A stretch of DNA of 64,000 bases from a virus. Position numbers and translations under genes: made by a program. Where the stretch lies: positions 20,230 to 84,229 of IMG/VR virus record IMGVR_UViG_3300042383_000546; one strand, written 5' to 3'. Below, piece by piece: positions 39,401-48,200 of the stretch. Position 1 is the first letter of the stretch. Every line of letters starts with the position of its first letter. The notes under the pieces were generated by a model, which worked only from the letters and a program-made list of their open reading frames with translations, ran no database searches and was not told the origin of the DNA.

Positions 39401-42400
39401 ATCTGATTCTGTTAAGTTGTTTTCGTCTGAAAATCTTTCGACTCCTGACTTTCCTACACCTGTCATGGATGAAATCTGTTCTATAGTCAAATCTTTAATA
39501 CTTTTCATAGTTTTTGTTTTTCCACCATAAGCCATGTAGCCACCTTTCTCATAACGAACATTACTCAATAAATTGTATGCTATTTGTAAATCTTCATCAG
39601 CATAATTTGTTCCTGATTTTTCTTTAATTCTACGAGAAAAGTCTTCAAAGGAATTACCTGTTGCGTAAATATCATTCTCATAAGCAAAGTCTGCAATTTT
39701 TTCTGAATCACTTAATTCAATAGATTTTTTGATGTTGTCAGCTAAACGATGGTAACCCTCCATTCTTAACAAGTACTCGAAAGCTCCTGCTATTCCATTA
39801 CCATCCCAACCTGAATTTTGAGAAACTTTTACTGCAAAATCTCTAGTCTTTGCATCACCATGCCAATATTTAGAGTCGTATTTCTCGTTGATAGCATCAA
39901 ACTTTACTTTAAATTCAGGGTCGCTTGGACTTGGATAATCAGGTTTAACCGCAATTTCAGGTTTTTTTTCCAATATGCTAACTAGCTTTCTTGCTGCATC
40001 GTGATAATTGGCATCAGTAAAGGCATCTACGGCAGCTTGAGCCATAATTAATTCATAATCTGCACCTAATTTTTTAGGGGTTAAACCCTTTTGTGAAGCC
40101 ATTTTTCTGACTGCCAAATTTAATTCACCACCTTCAGCATAATTCATATTATTATTTTTTAATTCGTTTTCAGATTTAATATTTCCACCATAAGCCATTT
40201 TTTTGAAAGGATTGCCCTTTGGAAGAGCTTTATCTCTTAATCTTTTTAATCTAATATCGTGAAGTTTTTTAGCTAATTTATTCAATGATTCAATTTCATA
40301 TGATAAATACTCTATATGACCTGAATCTTGACTTTTTTCATCTAATAGTTTTTTTAGTTCTGATTGATATTCGTCTCTCTTTTTGATTGCACTATTCATA
40401 TCTTTTTCAATCTGCAAATCTATATCTTCATCAGTTTTACCCCCATCAGCCATTTTTTTATAACTTTCAACATCATACACAATTTCCAAGTCTTTCTTTT
40501 CTACTCTTACTATTGGAGGGTAAGCCCATTTTTTGTCTTCATTCAGAACTCGAATATCTATTTGTTCATCATCAGAAAATTTTTCAATATCTTCTTGAAT
40601 AACAACATATAATTGATTTGGGTCTTCATCGGGAAGTGGGTTTTTAATGATTACAATATCACCTATTTTTAATTTACCACCTTTAGCAAATCTTAATACT
40701 TCTTTATCATTTGCATTTGAACCTCCAAAAGATGTTGTTAAGTTGGTTTTTATTCCATCTTCCCATAATATCTCTTGACCTTTAATAGTTCCATGATAAT
40801 ATTCACCATTACCTAAATTCATTCTAATTTTATCCCCATTGGTAAGGTCTTTGTATTTAGTACCATAACCTATGTTTCTTCTTAAAATCCAATTACCTTT
40901 TGTTGAACCACCTTTAGCAAATTCATCAGCATTTTCCAAAATGGAAGTATCTAAATGCTTAATAGCCTCACTAAACCCACCTTTATATTCGTGTTGTTTA
41001 ATACCTTGTAAAGTGAAAGTATCTAATATATCTTGTTTTAATGGCTCTAAAGACTTACTAATCTTTTTTACTTCATACTGAAATGGCTCTTTTCCAAAAC
41101 CAAAGGTAATTGAAGCTGTTGCACCATCTTGCTTGTATGTGTAATCATAAGAGTCTTTATCGGACAATGTTAGTTTTACTGTCCTTTTTGTTTTTCCACC
41201 TTTTTCCATATATTGTTTATCTATATTAGACAATTTTATTAATAGTGTTGCGTAACTTTTGCCACAATCAATGTAAGTGAATTTGCCTTCCTCTTTCTCA
41301 ATAACAATTGATAAGTCACCCTCTAAACCTACTTGAATATTAACTTTTTCAGATAAGTCTATTTGTGCATCAGTATCGTAATCAGCCTCATGCAATTTGA
41401 CAACCTTATATCCCAAACTTTCTAAAGAATTGGCTATCTTTTTGGCTTTATCATTTGCAAAGTCTATATCTTGTTCCATGTCATCATAAATGTCCCCACC
41501 ATCAGCCATTTTATCTGCTGAATAAGAGTTGTATAATTCTACAAAGTAAGGTTTAGGATATTTTTTATATGCTTTGTTGTAAGCGGAATCACGAGCTGTA
41601 GCTCTTACCTTAAATTCTTTCTTTTCTATAATTTTATCGTCCTCATCTCTTAGTATAGCCTTAAACTCATATATCATAGGAGCTTTTTTAACAGCTCCAC
41701 CTTTAGCCATAGTTTCGTTAGGTGCAGATACTAATTTCCAATTTTCCCAAACATATCCATAAGGTTTAACCCAACCATAGTCTTTTTTGTAAAAGCTGTC
41801 TTTACCGTCAAAGAACGCATCTACTTTGTCTTTGCTATGAATTAAATCTTTTAACTCTTTATACTTTGATTTATCAACAATGTTAATCATAGAATAAATA
41901 GGCATATCCTTTGCTTGTTTGATTTTGAAGCCTTTTTCTCCTAATTTCTTTTGGCTTTCTACATACTCTTTAGCATCACTTTCATTATCGTACATTTCAA
42001 CAACACGAGGTACTGACTTACCATTATTGAACCTAGTAAAGAAAACCACATATTTTTTGCTTACCTCACCACCTTTAGCATATTTATTGTTTTCCCACTT
42101 GCTCCAATCAACTGCATTGATTAAATCTTGCAGACTTTCAAACCATTGTGTATCGTATGCACTACCCTCTAATTTAACGGCTTCAGTTTTTCTGCTTTTA
42201 ACAAATCTTTGAACAGCTATGGATTTTCTTCCCTCGTCAGTTGGCTCAAGCACCTCTTTGAATATAATAATATTTCCTTTTTTCTTTAAGATAGCCTCTT
42301 TCTTTGCGTCTGTTAAAATTCCACCATCAGCTAAATAAGGCTTTTTAGACGTTTGTTTATCTGTACGATTGGCTCTCATTTCATAGTAAACTTTACCTGT

Positions 42401-42721
42401 TTTTGAAATACGCTTTCCTGCAGGTAAGGACTTCCTATCACCATCTCTAGCAATATTATCCTTCTTTCTTTCCTCTTTTGCAGGGGCTTTAGCAGGTGTT
42501 TTTTTAGCCACAGACTTTTTAGCAGCCTTAATTTTTTCAGCTACTTTAGATACTTTTTTAGTTTTTACGGCTTTTTTTTCAGCAGCCTCCATTTCCTCTA
42601 ATTCTTTTTCAAGTTTAGATTTTTGTGCCTTCAATGGAGCTATCAAATTAGAAGGGGTAGCCTTACTTTTTATGCCGTTTTCTAATTTATCTATTTTAGC
42701 TTTAAGTTCCTGCTTTGTCAT
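36440..42721 (-). CDS. Giant modular polyprotein-like protein (2093 aa) punctuated by [MFYL][AE]xGG motifs
   Basis: About 27 motif copies separate mutually unrelated 50-190-aa segments; basic N- and C-termini. Confidence 0.85.
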   Translation of the reverse strand: MTKQELKAKIDKLENGIKSKATPSNLIAPLKAQKSKLEKELEEMEAAEKKAVKTKKVSKVAEKIKAAKKSVAKKTPAKAPAKEERKKDNIARDGDRKSLPAGKRISKTGKVYYEMRANRTDKQTSKKPYLADGGILTDAKKEAILKKKGNIIIFKEVLEPTDEGRKSIAVQRFVKSRKTEAVKLEGSAYDTQWFESLQDLINAVDWSKWENNKYAKGGEVSKKYVVFFTRFNNGKSVPRVVEMYDNESDAKEYVESQKKLGEKGFKIKQAKDMPIYSMINIVDKSKYKELKDLIHSKDKVDAFFDGKDSFYKKDYGWVKPYGYVWENWKLVSAPNETMAKGGAVKKAPMIYEFKAILRDEDDKIIEKKEFKVRATARDSAYNKAYKKYPKPYFVELYNSYSADKMADGGDIYDDMEQDIDFANDKAKKIANSLESLGYKVVKLHEADYDTDAQIDLSEKVNIQVGLEGDLSIVIEKEEGKFTYIDCGKSYATLLIKLSNIDKQYMEKGGKTKRTVKLTLSDKDSYDYTYKQDGATASITFGFGKEPFQYEVKKISKSLEPLKQDILDTFTLQGIKQHEYKGGFSEAIKHLDTSILENADEFAKGGSTKGNWILRRNIGYGTKYKDLTNGDKIRMNLGNGEYYHGTIKGQEILWEDGIKTNLTTSFGGSNANDKEVLRFAKGGKLKIGDIVIIKNPLPDEDPNQLYVVIQEDIEKFSDDEQIDIRVLNEDKKWAYPPIVRVEKKDLEIVYDVESYKKMADGGKTDEDIDLQIEKDMNSAIKKRDEYQSELKKLLDEKSQDSGHIEYLSYEIESLNKLAKKLHDIRLKRLRDKALPKGNPFKKMAYGGNIKSENELKNNNMNYAEGGELNLAVRKMASQKGLTPKKLGADYELIMAQAAVDAFTDANYHDAARKLVSILEKKPEIAVKPDYPSPSDPEFKVKFDAINEKYDSKYWHGDAKTRDFAVKVSQNSGWDGNGIAGAFEYLLRMEGYHRLADNIKKSIELSDSEKIADFAYENDIYATGNSFEDFSRRIKEKSGTNYADEDLQIAYNLLSNVRYEKGGYMAYGGKTKTMKSIKDLTIEQISSMTGVGKSGVERFSDENNLTESDLSNIMQGLGRRMITASDFATAVSGNKDNQYAKEIVDFAKSGKGYRMADGGQVGNSYMMGEEEVYIKDSSLGIDDEVCLFYKKDDSILKCISKNSFDAYVEQGKLKPKMAKGGKVPAHFGSGKNIDVFGYQTENFDICGTAVKEFESAMEIMQNAKESEKESLARCAKYVDGLFGIEKQVVENSGTDDANFYEAVSDIMSASIYNYRAEMSINLFSFVPQHLKEIAVRMEKAEKGGLYALGGMTAGRWYRDKSGEEFKFIGKIDSGENKGKFLFTDGQKSVYKDLEDFEGGKPKETKLFGFFEDGGEMELGGMLIHGFQIGDTILEIYKGYGIVENNNNGVIEVLNPNRGTRFIIDLDESKPTGEKSMGMSKEKQIESAKGYIDYLDNPLPDTLLEKFRAEGKMAKGGKVPSTYIPNEDIKELMVTLNNKSLKLKGSDILDGVYVKNSALKGGSLDYSKQTSDDFKLGEIVWDVDNERYGTIIGIYDGYLSDKYEVRLDTDGMQPTENLRKVGSEGDNGTKEQLKEEIDGYARLVKSYPENNYPKQIEPMLEKGGYMAKGGEVKVGDVYERKGFGKLKITKIDDGKFRKVYFKYDDNDKEFFEGMYGAEGKVANKDWVKVDYKMAKGGVMPKGARSGMKIKDWYIKNYPTDDLGKEINDTMTFRGFWALTGQGNNPYEVLGVHDSVVRERVEEKLSQILGKKQMADGGVTDSFEKKVKDAMKEPNKWHFISEEVDGKDVQLKMFVGTKEVDVQIFKINGIHARMPRNYSGKRDTLKMIMDNFESKMAKGGMTRKGGQPFEVEGRKFFYHKDDGNVYDSNHRLYAGSYSSLELAKKSLEKNFENIKTGNFYKDGGYMAKGGEITREDITILGVPRSKITDKEWESIIRMSKYQKGATFILKDEKGLDVKPQIEYDWYVNEKMSSGGKVKFADKVKSVQESLLKRKKVAPQVQKDYGKSYSKAEAKESAQRIVGSRMAQLKEKMAKKKK

Positions 42722-42758
42722 TGTGGGTAAAATTTGTATGTAAATTTAGTAATATTTC

Positions 42759-45260
42759 TTATACCAATAACTTTAATGCCTCTAAAGTATCTTCAGCGTC
42801 CTTATCACCCGTTTCAGCTAATATTTCTAAAGCAGCTATTGTTTCTAAGATTTCCTCTCTTGTAGCTTCAGCTTCAGGTTCGGGTTCTATGTCTTCAGGC
42901 TCAGGGACAACAACAGTAGGTGGAGGCTCTTGGGCTATCGGAACTACTGCCTTTTGCTCTTCTAGTTTGGTTTCCATTTCGTCTACAGAAGGCTCTACAA
43001 CCTGAGCTACCAATTCGTCATTTTTAACGAAATCTACAACCTTTTCTCCACCTTTCTTTTTGTCCACAACCATACCTAGACCTGTTTCCCCGCTTTTTCC
43101 TTTGTAGTCTATGTATTGGTCTTCTCTAATATCTGAAGGTGGAACGAAGTCACCTATTCCGTATTTACGCTTTGCAACCTCAACGATTTTTTCCATAAAA
43201 GTGCCAATGTATTCTAGCTCCTTTCCTGCAGGATAAGGTCTTTGGTAGCCTTCGGCAATAATATCTTCCATAGGAATATCAGCCACTAAGTAGTTACTAA
43301 CTCTGTCTGCATCAAATAACTTTTTTAGAATCCATGTTTCCCAAGAACGAGCAAACAGCTCCACAGCACTTGTCCAATATTTAGTTCTACGAACACCGCC
43401 AATTATGTATCTTTTATACTTAACTGTAGGGTCTAAATAGACATATTGAAAGTAGGAATAGGCTGTTTTATGGTATAAATAGCTAGTTTTTAGCTTCATT
43501 GGTATTTCATAGCTTTCAAGTCCGAACTGCTTGATTATGTAGCCAAATACCTTTACTTGTCTAGGAAGTTGTGCTTCTTCTACTACTGCAAAATCGTCTA
43601 AATCAAGCTCATTAATAGTCTCTTCAATTGTTGCTTTGATTTCTATTGATTTAGATACCCACCTTCTTTGTTGAGCATTCCAAACGCTGTAAGTAGGCAC
43701 TTCTTCAACTTCCTCAGCCTTAAATTTCATAGGAACTCTAGGAGTATATAAGTCATTACCCTTATAAATAAAGCTGAATAGCTCTTTAAAAAGAGTTTTC
43801 AATTCAGAATCAGGGCTGTAACCTTCAGAGGCAAACTGATTGGTTGCTCTTTGTTGGTCTAGCTCCACTATTACGTTGTCAAAGTAGTGACCCCACTCGT
43901 GAGCCACAGACCCGTCACCATTACTTTTAGTAAGGTTAATATCTTTTGTTTGAGGAAAATAGGCTGCAGCGTGTCCTTTACGTCCTTTTGCCCCGAAAGC
44001 TATCTTTAACTTACCTAGCTGATTTGCTTTTTTGATGTCAATATTTATGATTTCAGCCATGTCGCTGATGGCAGCTAAGAAGTGTTTTGTATGCTCCTTA
44101 CTCCACTTATCGTCTACATATTGACCATAATTCACAGCAGAAAAGCCAAACTTATTAACAACTTCTGCAGGTGTGATTTCAGGTATCTTGTAGCCTCCTG
44201 TTCTTTTAATGTAAGAAAGGGGTGCTTTTGTGTTAATAGCTTGTTCTTTAGGAGCAGCAGTTTCTTTCTTTGTTTCGTCCTTTGTTTCAGGCTTTTCAAA
44301 CCATGACCAATCATTAGGTCTTGGAGCTGAATTAGTAATTTTAGTTGCAAAATTCGCTTTCTCCCTAGTTATTTTTCCCTCTAAAAACTTAACAGCGAAA
44401 TCTCTGAATTTCTCTATATCAGCCTTATATAATGGTTTTGCATAAGAACTAATCTGCCATTCTCTGTCCATAGCCGATAAGAGTTGTCTTTTATCCATTT
44501 TTTGATATTCAGCTACCCTTTCCTGATTAGCAGTTACGAACTTAAATTCTCTTTCTTTAATTGCTGAAATTAACTCAATAGATTTCTCTTCGCTTATTGG
44601 CTCTTTTTCTTGAGCTTCAATCCAAATAACTTTTGCAGCATCACTACGTCTAAACAACATATTTTCAAATCTTGAACCAAAAAGTTCATTGATTATTTTG
44701 TCTACAAGACTGTAACTATACATAAAAGCTGACCTAATATTTCTGTTCTGCTTTAAGGATTCCTCTATGGCTTTCTTGGTATCTTCGTCTGCAGTAGCAT
44801 AGTCAGGGTTAAAAAATGTTTCAATAGCTTGAGGCATTTTCATTTCCCTATAGTAATCAGTTAAGGTTCTTATTTCTTCTACATTAAAACAAGCATCTAG
44901 CTTATTTTGAAGGTTCTCTAAAAAGAGTACATAGCTCTTACGCATACCCTTTTCGTCTTTAGGTCTTGTAGGAACAGCCTCTCTTATCTTTACTTTTAAA
45001 AACGCTGCACCCGAAGTAACACCATTGTCCTTTTGGGCTTGTACGTCAATCGGTGACCATACGTTGTCCTTCTTAACCATGTTATATGCCATTACAGCAT
45101 CGTCCTCTAAGTCAGTTAGGACTTTGGAATTGATTAACCGAAAGGCTGCTTTTTCCTTTTTAGTCTGTGCTACACGACCAATATCTTTGAACTCTCTATT
45201 AGATTGCTTTTCTTGTAGCCTTTGTTCTACCTGTTCCTTTATTTGATTTAAGTCAGCCAT
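42759..45260 (-). CDS. Large polyvalent protein with LPD1-like zincin domain
   Basis: FGFSAVNYG...AFGAKG...VAHEWGHYFD...YWTSAVELFARSWE...YP. Confidence 0.75.
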   Translation of the reverse strand: MADLNQIKEQVEQRLQEKQSNREFKDIGRVAQTKKEKAAFRLINSKVLTDLEDDAVMAYNMVKKDNVWSPIDVQAQKDNGVTSGAAFLKVKIREAVPTRPKDEKGMRKSYVLFLENLQNKLDACFNVEEIRTLTDYYREMKMPQAIETFFNPDYATADEDTKKAIEESLKQNRNIRSAFMYSYSLVDKIINELFGSRFENMLFRRSDAAKVIWIEAQEKEPISEEKSIELISAIKEREFKFVTANQERVAEYQKMDKRQLLSAMDREWQISSYAKPLYKADIEKFRDFAVKFLEGKITREKANFATKITNSAPRPNDWSWFEKPETKDETKKETAAPKEQAINTKAPLSYIKRTGGYKIPEITPAEVVNKFGFSAVNYGQYVDDKWSKEHTKHFLAAISDMAEIINIDIKKANQLGKLKIAFGAKGRKGHAAAYFPQTKDINLTKSNGDGSVAHEWGHYFDNVIVELDQQRATNQFASEGYSPDSELKTLFKELFSFIYKGNDLYTPRVPMKFKAEEVEEVPTYSVWNAQQRRWVSKSIEIKATIEETINELDLDDFAVVEEAQLPRQVKVFGYIIKQFGLESYEIPMKLKTSYLYHKTAYSYFQYVYLDPTVKYKRYIIGGVRRTKYWTSAVELFARSWETWILKKLFDADRVSNYLVADIPMEDIIAEGYQRPYPAGKELEYIGTFMEKIVEVAKRKYGIGDFVPPSDIREDQYIDYKGKSGETGLGMVVDKKKGGEKVVDFVKNDELVAQVVEPSVDEMETKLEEQKAVVPIAQEPPPTVVVPEPEDIEPEPEAEATREEILETIAALEILAETGDKDAEDTLEALKLLV

Positions 45261-45262
45261 GA

Positions 45263-48200
45263 TTATTTGAAATTAGATTTACCAAATTGTGATTGCATAA
45301 TTCTAGCGTCTTCGTCTTCGTCTCCATCTATAAAACCACCCATAGCATAACTTTTTTGAGGTATTTTGTTCTTTACAAGTGCTATTGCAGGTTCTAGTTC
45401 CCTTTCTGTGCTAATATTTTTGATTGAAATTGCTTTGTCCTTAAAGTATTTGATTAATTCCTCAAAAGTAAGGTGTTTATCCTCCATTTTAGACTGAAGC
45501 GGACTTTTAGGCTTGTTTACAAGGTTTACTCCGTCATCTGAAAACGACACCACTTCCCATTGGTCATTACCACCACTTGAATAAACTATTGTACCTACAG
45601 CTAACATAGGCATACCATCTGATAGTCCTAAATCGTCTGCAGTTATGTAGTGCTCGTTTACCATCATTTCCTCCATTTCAGGCTCTATTTCAACTTCAAC
45701 CTCTACTTCTACTTTAGGGAATAAATGATTTTTAAGTTCTGTTTGGTAGTCAGTTTCCCCACCTTCAGCCATTTTATTATTGTATTTTAAAATTATTTGT
45801 GGGTTTGAGCCCAAATAATCATAATACTCACTACTTAATTTTTGATTATATTGATTTTCAATATCCTTTTTAGTGTTTCCGTAAAATTCATCAATAGTTG
45901 TTTCAAATTTTTGTTCAATTTTTTCTACACCATCAGGTAAGCCAAATATTTCCCAATTTAACTTTTGCTCTTTTGTAGGTTTTATTAAACTATCGTTTTT
46001 ATAGTATTCAGTAGCATTTTCTATATGTATTAATTCTGCAGACAGCTTTCCTTTCACTTTTCCACCTTTACCAAATTTTGCGACTTTCTTTAATTTAATT
46101 GAATATTGTGCGTGTCCTGTATTTTGGTTGTATTCCATATTTACTGAATCGGCATCGAAAAATTCAGCACTTGAAGTAGCCTCTTTATGTAATTTTTCAG
46201 CCATGCTTGTCGTATAATTCTCATCAAGTCCAATAATTAAAGAATTTGAATCTTCATCAATATAATAAAACTTTATAGGCTGTACCTTCTTTATAAATAT
46301 TTCTATTTTTTGAGCTAAAAGTTGATTTGTTAATGAGTGTAAATCACCTGTAATTCCACCTTCAGCCATAGAATGTTTACAACCGCATGAGCTTACTATT
46401 TCATGGTCTTTCATCATTTTGCCACCATACTTGTATTCTTTGCCACTTGTATAAATACTTTCAGGAATATCCCCGCCATCAGCAAAAGAGACACCTCCAC
46501 CGCTTTCATTTATTTTTGAAAGGATTTCCCTGTTGGTCATCATTTTACCTTCAAATTCACGCTTAGTATCGTCAGAAACGGCATTACGAGTAATAACCAC
46601 CTCACCCCCCTCCATTTCTAAAGGTTGGTTAGTTGATTTGTTTACAGCTTTGATACCGCCTTCGCTATGTCTTTTACCAACTAAAACACCGCCAACGTTA
46701 CCGCTGCCATGTGAGAAGTAGTCTTTTACGCTTTTATCGTCAGGGTTTATTTCACCACCTGCTTTATAGTAACCACCTTTTTCCATTTTGTTATTTTTAT
46801 GTTTTCTAACCATAAAGCCATTTGGCAATAATTCAAAGCCAAACTTCTCATAGTAAGATATTAGGTATTCTCTAGTTATTTTTTCCTTTTTAGCTTCATC
46901 CTTTATTTTATTGTGTCGAGGTATCGGCTCTAAATAAACATCTATTTCGTTCTTATCTGCTAATTCTAAAAGCTCCTTTAGTTTTTCTTTGCCATCTACA
47001 CTTTCGTACCTTTTCTCAAAAAGGTCTAAAATCACATGATTATCCTCACTTGACATTTTACTGAACGCATTTGGTATTGATACCATTATGGTCATCTTAT
47101 CCGATACACCACCTTTATACCAATCTTGGTATTCTTTGTAAAACTCTGTAACACCCCCATTAGCCATTTTATTTTGGATTTCCATGTAGTCTAATCTTTC
47201 AATTATTTCGTTTGCCTGTCTTATGGGCTTTATTGATTTGTAAATCAGAGCTTTGTTAAATAGTGAATTATCTAGTAAATCCCCCTTAGCCATTTTATTT
47301 TGGCTTTCCATGTATTCTAGTTTCTCATAGTAGTCAATCATTTCGTCTAAATGCTGTAAAGCAATAGTTTCCTGAACGATTGGGTTATCTGAGTGTTCTG
47401 ATTCTGTTTTCATACCCTTTCTGAGCTGCTCTTCGGCATAATCTAAAGGAACGTCCTTTTCTTTGGCTATTTGCTCAATAGTCTTTGAAGGCTTAAATAA
47501 TTCAAGACCTAACTCCATTTTCATTAAATCGTGCTGAGAAGGTATTTCCATACCCATTTCAGCAGTAGTTTTACCATTAAGTATATCTTTTATCTTTCTC
47601 TCTTGTCTTTCGATTCTATTTTTCAAGTCATAGGTATTATAATCTTTATAAACGTCAATACCCATTTCTTTTAATCTATTTTTTATATATCCGTCTTTAG
47701 GACACTCCAATCTTTCTTTGTCATTTGGGTCATCACCAAGACAAACGGAATCCCCGATTATAAACTTATATCCCCTAAAACCGCCCTCTTCTATTCTGAC
47801 TTCAGGTATACCTTTGGCAACAATTTCAGCTATGGCATCGGCTTTTTCTTTGGCTTTTGCCTCAATAATAGATAGTTGGAGTTTTTGTTTTGCTAGTGTT
47901 TTAGCTGCATTTGACAAGTTGGGGAAAGAAGATTTTTGAGCTCTGTCAGTATAACCTAATAAAATAGGAACTGAATCAGAACTTACCACTTTCAAATCAC
48001 CATTTGGCATTTGTATTGTGTACTTATGTACTATATCCCTTCCCGTTTCAGCACTTATGTCTGCCTGTGTCCAATCAGATACTCTTTTTGAAATAGCTTC
48101 ACCTTCTGATTTAGTAAATGAAGTGTCCCATTGAAATGACCATGTATAAGAAATAAGTTTAGCTCCATTTAAGCCTACTAATGGTGGGTCAAAAACTATT

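Noticed and set aside
36440-42721. Tape-measure protein
   Set aside because: Not a helical Ala/Gly-rich repeat protein, there are no tail genes or chaperones, and the segments look like mixed globular domains
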